From NCBI GenBank assembly GCA_963739455.1, contig CAVUAK010000001.1:224001-288000 (forward strand): DNA of 64,000 bases. The letters are read 5' to 3'. Numbering within the stretch: the stretch's first letter is position 1; each line of letters starts with the position of its first letter. Below the pieces are notes generated by a model, which was not told the DNA's origin, searched no databases, and saw only the letters and a program-made list of their open reading frames with translations. This DNA is from an uncultured Gemmatimonadales bacterium. Lineage in GTDB: Bacteria; Gemmatimonadota; Gemmatimonadetes; Gemmatimonadales; GWC2-71-9. Shown here in pieces: positions 1 through 9,234 of this stretch. The position numbers and the translations under genes are program-made.

Positions 1-105
1 CAGAAGGCGCTGGCGCGCGCCGACGGCAACGTCGCCGGGGCCGCCAAGGCGCTCGGCCTGAGCCGCAGTGCGCTCTATCGCCGGCTGGAGCGGTTCGGGC
101 TCTAG
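1..105 (+). CDS. 3' end of sigma-54-dependent (NtrC-like) response regulator, Fis-type HTH
   Basis: Frame 1 reads QKALARADGNVAGAAKALGLSRSALYRRLERFGL*. The stop overlaps the start of the histidine kinase. Confidence 0.85.
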   Translation, partial: QKALARADGNVAGAAKALGLSRSALYRRLERFGL

Positions 106-1430
106 TGCCCATGGCGACATATCCCCGTCGCACCGTCACCATCGCGCTCTGGTCAGCGCTCCCAGCCGTTCTCCTCGCCCTCGGTCTTCTCTGGACCGGA
201 CCGTATGGCGCCCGCGCACAGTGGACCGGCACAATCTTCATCCTGGTCATCCTGGCCGTCGGCCTCAGCGTCCTCTACGACCACGTCATCCGCCCGATCC
301 AGACTGCCTCGAACCTTCTCGCCGCCATGCGCGAGGGTGACTTCTCCCTTCGTGCCCGCAGCACCGGCCCCGACGACGATCTCGGCCTCCTTTATATAGA
401 GGCCAACGGACTCGCCGAGATGTTGCGAAGCCATCGGCTCGAGGCCCTGGAATCCGGTGCCCTGCTCCGGGCCGTCATGGCCGATATCGACGCCGCCGTG
501 CTCGCCTTCGATGCCGATGACCGGCTTGTCCTCGTCAACCGCGGCGGCGAGGAACTGCTGGGTGCACCCGCGACCCAGCTCATCGGCAAGCATGCGCGAG
601 ACCTCGAGGTCAGCGACTGCCTCGACGGGGAGACGCCTCGGGTCCTCGAGCGCGCGGGAGCGACCCGCTGGGAACTCCGGCGCACCACCTTCCGACAGGA
701 TGGCCGCCCGCATCAGCTGGTGCTGCTCACCGATGTAAGTCGCACCCTGCAGGCGGAAGAGCGCGAGGCCTGGCAGCGACTCATCCGCGTGCTCTCGCAT
801 GAGATCAACAACTCCCTCACCCCGATCCGGTCGTTCGCCGGCTCGCTCCGCACCATCGTGCAGCAGGGACCGCGCACCCCCGAGGGCGACGAGGACCTTC
901 GTCGCGGGCTCGACATCATCGGGCAGCGGGCCGATTCGCTGGGGCGCTTCATTGCGGCATACGCGCGCCTCGCCCGGCTGCCGATGCCCGTGCTGCAGCC
1001 TGTACTGGTGGAAGATTGGGTGCAGCGGGTGGTGGCACTGGAGAGGAGGCGCCCCGTCACCATCTCCCCAGGACCGTCCGTTGTCCTGATTGCCGACACC
1101 GGCCAGATGGAGCAGTTGCTCATCAACCTGGTCCGCAATGCCGCCGATGCCGCCGCCGAGACAGGCGGTACCGTCGAGGTCACCTGGTCGGTGCGCGATC
1201 GCGAACTCGAACTTGCCGTGCTCGATGACGGACCGGGCATTGCCGACACCGCGAACCTGTTCGTCCCCTTCTATACCACGAAGCCGGGCGGCTCCGGCAT
1301 CGGGCTCGCACTCTCCCGCCGCATCGCGGAGGCACATGGGGGCAGGTTGTCGCTGGAGAACCGGAAGGAAGGCGGCTGCCGCGCGACACTGAGATTGCCG
1401 TTGAGTCGTGGTGGGTCACAGCTTTCCTGA
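105..1430 (+). CDS. Membrane sensor histidine kinase (HAMP-PAS-HisKA-HATPase)
   Basis: Two N-terminal TM segments, H-box LSHEINNSLTPI, N-box NLVRNA, DDGPGI, FYTTK and GSGIGL motifs. Confidence 0.92.
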   Translation: MPMATYPRRTVTIALWSALPAVLLALGLLWTGPYGARAQWTGTIFILVILAVGLSVLYDHVIRPIQTASNLLAAMREGDFSLRARSTGPDDDLGLLYIEANGLAEMLRSHRLEALESGALLRAVMADIDAAVLAFDADDRLVLVNRGGEELLGAPATQLIGKHARDLEVSDCLDGETPRVLERAGATRWELRRTTFRQDGRPHQLVLLTDVSRTLQAEEREAWQRLIRVLSHEINNSLTPIRSFAGSLRTIVQQGPRTPEGDEDLRRGLDIIGQRADSLGRFIAAYARLARLPMPVLQPVLVEDWVQRVVALERRRPVTISPGPSVVLIADTGQMEQLLINLVRNAADAAAETGGTVEVTWSVRDRELELAVLDDGPGIADTANLFVPFYTTKPGGSGIGLALSRRIAEAHGGRLSLENRKEGGCRATLRLPLSRGGSQLS

Positions 1431-1504
1431 CGACACGATCCCAAGTTGCGGGGTAAGGAACCACTACTGGCACGTGCCGATCGACTGGCGTCCCACTTCG
1501 CAAC

Positions 1505-1880
1505 ATGAGGTCCGCTATGCGTCCCCTCCTCGCCCTCTCGCTCCTTGGTCTCGCCTCCCTCGCCGGCACCGCCGCCTGCAGTTCCGACAACAACGGACCC
1601 GCGGTCACCGGCGACGTCTCCATAACCTCCGGCGCGAGCGCCAAGACCACCACCGCCTTCGCACCCAATCCGTTTACGAAAAGCGTCACGACCCCGCTGG
1701 TCACCTGGGTCAACAACGACGGCGTCACCCACCGCATCGTCTCCGATGCGCCGTTGTTCGCTTCTGCCAACCTCGGTAACGGGGCGTCGTTCAGCTTCTC
1801 CTTCACCGCCCCCGGCGACTACGCCTATCACTGCTCCATCCACCCCGGCATGGTCGGGCACGATCACGATCACGCCGTAA
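1505..1880 (+). CDS. Plastocyanin/cupredoxin-family lipoprotein (probable 1-nt assembly insertion near 1857)
   Basis: Lipobox TAAC, then H...YHCSIHPGM type-1 copper ligands. Removing one G gives the typical end MVGTITITP* at TAA 1878-1880. Confidence 0.8.
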
Positions 1881-1881
1881 G

Positions 1882-1951
1882 GACGTGAAGACGTGAAGAC
1901 GTGAAGACGTGAAGACGTGAGGAACGACCTCAAGTCCTCAAGTCCTCAAGT
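1882..1951. repeat. Two opposed octamer tandem arrays, (GACGTGAA)x5 and (CCTCAAGT)x3
   Basis: Read directly at 1882-1921 and 1928-1951. The second unit's reverse complement (GACTTGAG) matches the first unit at 6 of 8 positions. Confidence 0.9.
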
Positions 1952-1996
1952 CTTTACAGACTGGTGCCCGTCGGGACGCGCCGCCATCTTCCCCCC

Positions 1997-4612
1997 ATGA
2001 ACGACGCCACCCGCCTCGCAAATGCCCTGGAAGAACGCTACCGCATCGAGCGCCAGCTCGGTGCCGGTGGCATGGCAACCGTCTACCTCGCCACCGACCT
2101 CAAGCACGATCGTGAAGTCGCCCTTAAGGTCTTGAGGCCCGAGCTCGGCGCCGTACTCGGCGCTGAGCGCTTCCTGGCCGAGATCAAGATCACCGCCCGG
2201 CTCGACCACCCCCACATCCTCACCCTGATCGACTCGGGCGAGGCTGGCGGCTTCCTCTTCTATGTCCTTCCGCTTGTCCGCGGCGAGTCCCTCCGTGACA
2301 AGCTCAATCGCGAACAGCAGCTCGGCCTCGAAGAGGCTCTGGCTATTACGAAGCAGGTCGCCAGCGCCCTCGACTACGCCCATCGCTCCGGCGTTGTCCA
2401 CCGCGATATCAAGCCCGAGAACATCCTGTTGTTCGAGGGTGAGGCGATGCTGGCCGACTTCGGCATCGCACTCGCCGTCAAGGAAGCCGGCGGCAATCGC
2501 CTCACGGAAACCGGCCTCTCACTCGGCACGCCGCAGTACATGAGCCCCGAGCAGGCGACGGGTGACCGGCTCCTCGATGCCCGGAGCGACGTCTACTCCT
2601 TGGCCGCCGTGCTCTATGAAATGCTTGCCGGCGAGCCGCCGGTGACGGGGCCGAACGCCCAGGCGATGATCGCCAAGCTCATGACCGAGCGCCCGGTGCA
2701 CCTGCGCGTGGTGCGCGGCTCGGTGCCCGAGAACATCGACGCCGCGGTCGCGAAGGCGCTCGACAAGACCCCGGCCGATCGCTTCGGCAGCGCCGGCGAC
2801 TTCTCCCGCGCGCTCGACCTGAAGCCGATCACCGGAACGGTGCCGATCGCATCGAGCCCCGTCGCGGCAGCAGGGAAGTCGAAGCGCGGTCTCTGGATCG
2901 GCCTTGCCGCCGCGGCACTCCTCGCGGCCGTGGCTGGCGCCTTCGCCATGAAGGGCAAGGCGGCACCTGTCGCTGCAAAGCCGGAGTCGTTCGCCCTCCG
3001 CGACCGCACCCAGCTCACCACCAGCGGCAACGTCTTCGTCTCCGCCATCAGCGCCGACGGCAAGCAGCTCGCGTACATCACGCACAACTGCGGCACGACC
3101 GGCTGCTCCTACGCCGTGGACATCCAGGACGTGGGCGGCACCGCGACCCATCGCATTCTCGACAACATCAGCGCCGGCTACGGACTCGAGTGGAGCCCCG
3201 ACCGCCGCAACCTGATCTTCGTCGGGACCTGGCAGGGTCGCTACGGCTAGTTACCTGCTCTCGGCGCTCGGCGGAACGCCGCGCTTCCTCGGCCCGGTCG
3301 CCGCCATGTTCTACGCCGGCGGTGACTCGCTCCTCATCGGGCCGTCCGGGCCGAGCGCCGACTCCTCGTTCCAGGTCAAGGTGACGTCCATCGACGGCAC
3401 AGTGCGCGACAGCATCCGCGTCGCCGGTCCGGGCCTCGGCCTCGACGGGCTGAGCGTGTCACCCGGCGGCAAGTGGATCGTGGCGCTGGTGGTGCAGGCG
3501 GGCCGCGGCTTCTGGCAGGTGTTCGATCGCAGCGGCAAGGTCGCAGATCACGTCCTCAACTCGTGCACCTGCCCCGGGCGCATCACCAGCGATGCGCTCT
3601 GGCTCACCCGCTCCGGCCAGGGCTTCGAGTCGATCGTCCGGCTCGGCATCGACCCCGCCACCGGCAAGCTGGCATCACGGCAGGACACGCTGCTCGTCGG
3701 GCAACTTCAACAACTTCAGTGTCACCGCCGACGGCTCCACCCTGGTGGTCGACGACGGCAAGGCCGAGTATTCGCTCTGGGCCCTGCCGGCGTCGGCGGC
3801 GCTTGCCGGGAAGTTCAACGACGCCGATCGTCGCACCCGGTCGTCCACCCAGATCATCAGCTCGCTGTCCCCCGATGGCGCTCGCATCCTGCTGGCGCGC
3901 GACGTCGCCTCATCCTCCGGGTCGGCCGAGCGACGCTTCACGGTCATGCCATTCGGCGGCGGACCTGAGGCGCCGCTCAACGTCGCCCGCCGGCACCCGG
4001 GTCTCGCAGTGGATCGATTCCGTCACGGTGGAGTTCGGCGGTCAGTTCGAGGGCGGCGCCCGGGTCAGCCTGGTGGACGTGCGCACCGGCGCCACCGCGC
4101 GTACCGTTGACCTGCCCGATTCTCTCGTGTCCGACGTGGTGCCGCTGGCCGATGGCTGGGCCTGGATACCGGCCGGCAGCGATCGCGTCGTTGTGCGCCG
4201 CGGCGACAAGACCACGGAGATCCCGAAGCCAGACTGGTACGCGGCGCTCTACCTCCTCGACGTTGACCCGTCAGGCAAGAACCTTCTCATGATCGGCTGG
4301 GGCCGTACTCAGGACTCGCTCGGCGCGGCCGTCGTGCCGGTCGATGGCGGCGCCCCCGTCATGTGGGCCCGATCGTTCGCCGAGCGCGGCGCGGCTCGCT
4401 TCATCGACGACGGCTCGATCCTCTTCCAGCCGTGGGATACGCCGGAATCGATCGTCTTCTACAAGGTCACCGCTCCGGGTAAGATGCAGCGGCTCGGCAA
4501 GGTGCCGCGATCGGTGGCAGGCGTGAGCCTCTCCGACGACCTCAAGCGCGCCATGGTGCTCGAGGCCGACTACCATGGCGACGCCTTCATGAGCCGCGTC
4601 GTACGACCGTAA
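1997..4612 (+). CDS. Ser/Thr protein kinase K1 with TM helix and TolB-like beta-propeller (frameshifts near 3250, 3700, 3990)
   Basis: [26 protein letters not shown] and YMSPEQ motifs, TM GLWIGLAAAALLAAVAGAF, and SADG/WSPD propeller repeats continuing through the ORF pieces at 3306, 3592 and 3473. Confidence 0.85.
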
Positions 4613-4650
4613 GCGGACGCCTGACGACCGCCGACTGCCGACTCCCCAAC

Positions 4651-4710
4651 GTGACGATCCAGTCACGACACCACCATCAATCCGTCCCAGTCCCGTCCGA
4701 GTCGCGTCAC
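4651..4710 (+). promoter_or_regulatory. Array of Pho-box-like half-sites with 11-bp period upstream of the plcP-like gene
   Basis: GTGAC 4651, GTCAC 4662, ACCAT 4673, GTCCC 4684, GTCCG 4695, GTCAC 4706. The PhoB half-site is GTCAY repeated every 11 bp. Confidence 0.55.
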
Positions 4711-4785
4711 TTCAGCATTTTCCCGTTGTGCCCGCCCCATCCTCTTCATAACATTGCCCCATGACGCCAGCAGCCGGGGTGCACG

Positions 4786-5619
4786 GTGGCTACGACGCCT
4801 GACGTACAACGATGGCGATCCATCTGGATATCCGACGTTCACCTGGGCACGAAACACGCCCAGGTGGATGCCCTGCTCGAGTTCCTCAAGGGCACGAGAT
4901 CGGACTACCTCTATATCGTGGGAGACTTGATCGACGGCTGGGAACTGAAGCGCAACTGGTATTGGCAGGACAGCTATAACACCCTCATCCAGAAGCTCCT
5001 CCGCAAGCAGCGCAAGCACACCCGCATCATCTACGTCACCGGCAATCACGACGAATTTCTCGAGACCTTCATCGGGCTCACCTTTGGCAAGCTCACGCTC
5101 GTCAAGGAAGCGATTCACGAAGCCGCCGATGGACGCCGGTACCTGGTCATCCACGGCCACCAGTTCGACGGCCTCACCCACTTCAATCGCCTGCTCGAAC
5201 GACTCGGCTCGCGCCTCTACGACTGGGTCCTCAACCTCAACCAGTACCTCAATCGACTGCGCCGTCAGTTCGGGCTCGGTTACTGGTCATTCGCTGCCTT
5301 CCTCAAGGCGAAGGCCAAGAGCGCGGTTCAGTACGTCACCGAATACGAATCAGCCATGATCACCCTCGCTGCCGCGCACGGGGTGGACGGCATCATCTGC
5401 GGTCACATTCATCGCGCCGAGATTCGCGACATCAACGGCCTGACGTACCTCAATGCGGGAGACTGGGTCGAGAGCTGCACGGCGCTGGTGGAGGATTTCG
5501 CGGGCAACTTCAGCCTCATCCACTTCCATGAAGATCCTGTTCACGGTGCAGGGCGAGGGGCGGGGGCACATGACCCAGGCCCTCGCCGTGCACCGGAACC
5601 TGTCCCGCTGGGGGCATGA
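4786..5619 (+). CDS. plcP: Metallophosphoesterase, LpxH-like / PlcP-type phospholipase C
   Basis: WISDVHLG, GDLIDGW, GNHDE, CGHIH and GDWVESCTALVE motifs. It is adjacent to a glycosyltransferase, as in lipid-remodelling loci. Confidence 0.7.
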   Translation: MATTPDVQRWRSIWISDVHLGTKHAQVDALLEFLKGTRSDYLYIVGDLIDGWELKRNWYWQDSYNTLIQKLLRKQRKHTRIIYVTGNHDEFLETFIGLTFGKLTLVKEAIHEAADGRRYLVIHGHQFDGLTHFNRLLERLGSRLYDWVLNLNQYLNRLRRQFGLGYWSFAAFLKAKAKSAVQYVTEYESAMITLAAAHGVDGIICGHIHRAEIRDINGLTYLNAGDWVESCTALVEDFAGNFSLIHFHEDPVHGAGRGAGAHDPGPRRAPEPVPLGA

Positions 5620-6631
5620 ACTCGTGGGTGTCGCGGCCGGTCGGCACAACGACCGGTCGCTGCCCAGCTATTTCGCGAATGCCTTTGACGTACCCGTGAC
5701 CCTGCTTGAAAGCCCCGGCTTCAACTTCCGCGAGAGCCGGTCGATCGACCTCCCCGCGACGCTCATAGGCACGGTACAGCGCGCGCCCGCCTACCGCGAC
5801 AGCATGGCCCAGCTCCGCGCCATGGTTCGCGACACCAGTCCCGACCTCGTCGTCAATTTCTTCGAGCCACTCACGGGCCTGGTTCAGTTCATCAAGCCAT
5901 TGCCAGTGCCCGTACTGGCGATAGCGCACCAGCACATGATCGAGCATCCCGCCTACGTGCGCCGGCCTGGGGGCACGATCGACCGGACTGGCCTCTCACT
6001 CTTCGCCGGCCTCGTCGGCACCAAATCGTGGAAGCTCGCCCTCTCGCTCACGCCGGCAGGGGACCTGCCGGCTCGACGGCTGCTCGTTGGACCGCCTCTC
6101 CTGCGGCCCGAACTGTTCGAGCTCGTGCCATCGCCTGGCGCGTTTATCCTGGTGTACGTGGTCAACCACGGCTACAGCGAGGAGATCCGCGCCTGGCACC
6201 GGCTCAACCCGCTGGTCCCCCTGCACTGCTTCTACGACCGCCCGGGCGCGCCTGATGAAGAAGTGGTGGATCGCACGTTGAGCTTCCATCGGCTGGATGG
6301 GAAGAAGTTCATGCAGATGATGGCGGGATGCCGCGCACTGGTGAGTACCGCCGGCTTTGAGTCGATCTGCGAGGCGGCCTGGCTCGGCAAGCCGGTGCTG
6401 GCCGTTCCGGTACAGCACCACGCGGAGCAGATGCTTAACGCACTTGATGTAGTCGAGGCAGGGCTCGGTATTGCTGACAGCACCTTCCGGCTCGACCGGT
6501 TGGCTGAGCTCCCCGATCAACTCGACAATACCGGCTTTCGGGCATGGGTCGGTCGTGGCGACGAGGTACTCCGGGGTGCGCTGTGCCAGGCCGCCGGGAG
6601 CACCCGCCACGCACGTGGATCGATTCTGTGA
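5528..6631 (+). CDS. GT-B glycosyltransferase (MJ1255/VC2487-like)
   Basis: MKILFTVQGEGRGHMTQA N-terminus and STAGFESICEAAWLGKP...EQ motif. It overlaps the phosphoesterase. Confidence 0.85.
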   Translation: MKILFTVQGEGRGHMTQALAVHRNLSRWGHELVGVAAGRHNDRSLPSYFANAFDVPVTLLESPGFNFRESRSIDLPATLIGTVQRAPAYRDSMAQLRAMVRDTSPDLVVNFFEPLTGLVQFIKPLPVPVLAIAHQHMIEHPAYVRRPGGTIDRTGLSLFAGLVGTKSWKLALSLTPAGDLPARRLLVGPPLLRPELFELVPSPGAFILVYVVNHGYSEEIRAWHRLNPLVPLHCFYDRPGAPDEEVVDRTLSFHRLDGKKFMQMMAGCRALVSTAGFESICEAAWLGKPVLAVPVQHHAEQMLNALDVVEAGLGIADSTFRLDRLAELPDQLDNTGFRAWVGRGDEVLRGALCQAAGSTRHARGSIL

Positions 6632-7061
6632 CGGTGCAGTTTGGCGGTCAGTTTGAGGGCGGTACCAGGATCAGCCTGATGGATGCGCGCACCGGCGCCA
6701 CCTCGCGCACCGGCGCCAACTCTCGTACCGTTGACCTGCCCGACTCCCTGATGCGTGCCGTGATCCCGCTCCCCGATGGCTGGGCCTGGGTGCCCGCCAG
6801 CGCTGATCGCATCATCGTTCGCCGCGGCGAGAAGACACTGGAGTTTCCGAAGCCGGAGTGGTTCATTGCGCTACACATGCTCGATTTCGATGCAGCCAGC
6901 CAGCGGCTGCTATGCTCGGCTGGGCCCTTCGCAAGACACCCTGGGCGTGGCCGTCGTACCGATCGATGGGACCGTGAACCTCTCCGATGACCTCGAGCGC
7001 GCCATGGTGCTCGAGGCCGACTATCACGGGGATGCATTTGAGCAGGGTCGTACGCCAGTAA
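6615..7061 (+). pseudogene. Degenerate partial copy of the K1 C-terminal propeller region
   Basis: WIDSVTVQFGGQFEGG...PDGWAWVP...ERAMVLEADYHGDAF matches K1 4009-4612. It has no start or kinase part, an internal deletion and a short internal duplication. Confidence 0.85.
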
Positions 7062-7152
7062 GCATATCGGATGGGACTCCGAGGCCTTCGACGCTACACC
7101 AGCCGGAGGTAACAGCTCCGTGACACACTAGCTGGCGAATGAATCCGCAGGT

Positions 7153-7551
7153 ATGCTCCTCGCCATGAAGAGTCGTCTTCTTTGCCTCGCGGCTTTGACT
7201 GCATGCTCCAGCGTGGACACCTCCACACCGCCTGATGCCTACTGTACGGACAGCATAGAGCCCGGGTTGATGGTCTATATCGTCGATGCGGTCACGGGAA
7301 TTCCCCAGGCGGACGACGCACGGGCATTTGCCATCGATGGTGCATATTCGGACTCGCTGAGGTTCGGCATTGCAGCCGGCACGACACTGATCGCGCTTCA
7401 GGGAGCTGCTGAGCGCCCAGGTCTTTACCATCTCCGCATCGACAAGCAGGGTTACCGCACCTGGACACAGGCCGACGTTCGGGTTTTCGCCGACGCTTGT
7501 CATGTGCGGACCGTGCAGGTAACGGCGAGGCTGCAGCCCATCGAGCCGTAG
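7153..7551 (+). CDS. Small lipoprotein, carboxypeptidase-regulatory-like (prealbumin) fold
   Basis: Lipobox LTAC, and VDAVTG...GLYHLRIDKQGY motif. Confidence 0.7.
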   Translation: MLLAMKSRLLCLAALTACSSVDTSTPPDAYCTDSIEPGLMVYIVDAVTGIPQADDARAFAIDGAYSDSLRFGIAAGTTLIALQGAAERPGLYHLRIDKQGYRTWTQADVRVFADACHVRTVQVTARLQPIEP

Positions 7552-7557
7552 CGCCGC

Positions 7558-7573
7558 GTAACACTTCCGTTAT
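7558..7573 (+). promoter_or_regulatory. Possible Pho box upstream of the phoX-like gene
   Basis: GTAAC (7558) and GTTAT (7569) are 11 bp apart. The match is degenerate. Confidence 0.35.
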
Positions 7574-7669
7574 GTACCCTTCGCCCAACCCACACACGAC
7601 GCGCATGCAGCGGTGACAGCAGCCTCCGAAGTTTCCCGGATACTGGTTTACCCAATCCCGGAGCTTCCC

Positions 7670-9229
7670 ATGCATGTGCGCTGGATTCTGACCGCCGCCG
7701 CCGCTCTCGCGGTCGCGGCCGCGTGTAACAAGGATCAGGACAGCGTCGCCCCAGCGGCCGACGCCGATATCGCGCTCAACAAGGGCCACGACCGCGACCG
7801 CGGCTTCCGCACCGAGCAGCCCGCCCAGGCCGAAGCCCTGGTCAGCGGCGCCCGCCTGGTGCCGATCCTTACCACTGGTGACATCCTCCCTGGCAGCAAC
7901 CTTCCATGGGCCCCGGTCCCCGACGGGTTGGGTGCCTATCGCGACGGGCGCGGCATTGTCGTCTTCGCCAACCATGAAATCACCGCCAGCGGCGTCTCCT
8001 CTTCCAACGGCGGGCCATCCTTCCTCTTCTCGCGCGTCTCCCGCCTCACGCTCGATCCGTCGTCACTCAAGGTGCTGGGCGGCGACTACGCTGAGGATGG
8101 GAGCGGCGGCTACATCCGCTTCTGTTCCGCCACCTGGGCCGGCGCGAAGGAAGGCCTCCCCACCGGCTTCTTCCTCACTGGCGAGGAGAATGGCGCAACC
8201 GCCAAGGGCTCCGTCGTGCTCGCCGTCAGCGGTCAGGGACAGAAGACCGAACTGCCGCACCTGGGCGCTTTCAGCCATGAGAACACCGTGCCGATCGACG
8301 GCTATGACCAGGTGGTCGTGCTGGGCACTGATGACTCGCAGGGCCAGTCGGAGCTGTACATGTACGTGGCCAGGAATGAGCGCGCCTTCCTGAGCGGTGA
8401 CCAGTCGAAGGGCCATCTCTACGTCTTCAAGACCGACGCCAAGTCGGTCGCAGGCAACCCGCTCCACTCCGGCAACCTCCAGGTCGGGGAGACGATCAAG
8501 GGTTACTTCGTTCCCATCGATGACCCTGCCGATCTCGGCGCCGCTCCCGCGGACCGCTATGCCCGGTTGCAGGCGAAGGTCGATGCGCTCGGTGCCATGC
8601 CCTTCGTGCGCCTCGAGGACGCTGACTATGTGCCCGGCCGCCGCCATGCGCGTGGCGAACCCACCGCGTACTTCGTGGACACCGGCGCGGAAAGCACCAC
8701 CGGACGCCCACAGGTGGGCGCCGACTGCGGCGGGCCGTGTGATGCCTACGGCTCGATCTACCGCATCGAGCTCTCCGAGAATGATCCCACGAAGTGGGCT
8801 GAGCTGACGCTCGTCGCCCGCTCCTCCGGGCCGAAGAGTGGATGGTCGTCGCCCGACAACATCGCGATCTCCCGGAAGAGCATCATGATCATGGAAGATC
8901 CCGCCAACACCCAGTGGGACGGCAGCCGCGCTCCCGGCATCTGGAACGCATCACTCTATCCCCGCGGTCGCGTCGGCGCCTTCCAGGAAGTGGCGCAGGT
9001 GACCCAGGAGTCGCTCATTCCCGGCCCCGGCGGCAAGTGCATCGACGCATCCGGCCTCTGCTGGGAGTCGAGTGGCATCATCAGCACCGATGACCTGCTC
9101 GGTCCCGGCACCTGGCTGTTCGATGTGCAGGCACACACCTTCCCGTTCGCCGTCGGCACTGGCGCCGACGCGAAGCAGTATACGAAGGAGAGCGGCCAGC
9201 TCCTGTACCTCCGCGTCCCGGGCAGCTGA
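7670..9229 (+). CDS. phoX: PhoX-like (DUF839) alkaline phosphatase lipoprotein
   Basis: Lipobox AAAC with GGAG RBS, and PDG, NHE, RFCSA, GEE, SHEN, RLED, SPDN, MED, WESSGI and DVQAH motifs. Confidence 0.75.
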   Translation: MHVRWILTAAAALAVAAACNKDQDSVAPAADADIALNKGHDRDRGFRTEQPAQAEALVSGARLVPILTTGDILPGSNLPWAPVPDGLGAYRDGRGIVVFANHEITASGVSSSNGGPSFLFSRVSRLTLDPSSLKVLGGDYAEDGSGGYIRFCSATWAGAKEGLPTGFFLTGEENGATAKGSVVLAVSGQGQKTELPHLGAFSHENTVPIDGYDQVVVLGTDDSQGQSELYMYVARNERAFLSGDQSKGHLYVFKTDAKSVAGNPLHSGNLQVGETIKGYFVPIDDPADLGAAPADRYARLQAKVDALGAMPFVRLEDADYVPGRRHARGEPTAYFVDTGAESTTGRPQVGADCGGPCDAYGSIYRIELSENDPTKWAELTLVARSSGPKSGWSSPDNIAISRKSIMIMEDPANTQWDGSRAPGIWNASLYPRGRVGAFQEVAQVTQESLIPGPGGKCIDASGLCWESSGIISTDDLLGPGTWLFDVQAHTFPFAVGTGADAKQYTKESGQLLYLRVPGS

Positions 9230-9234
9230 TCCCG

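Noticed and set aside
6615..7061. K1 3' copy as a diversity-generating retroelement template repeat
   Set aside because: The differences are mostly C/T and other third-position changes, not adenine-specific, and there is no reverse transcriptase in the window.
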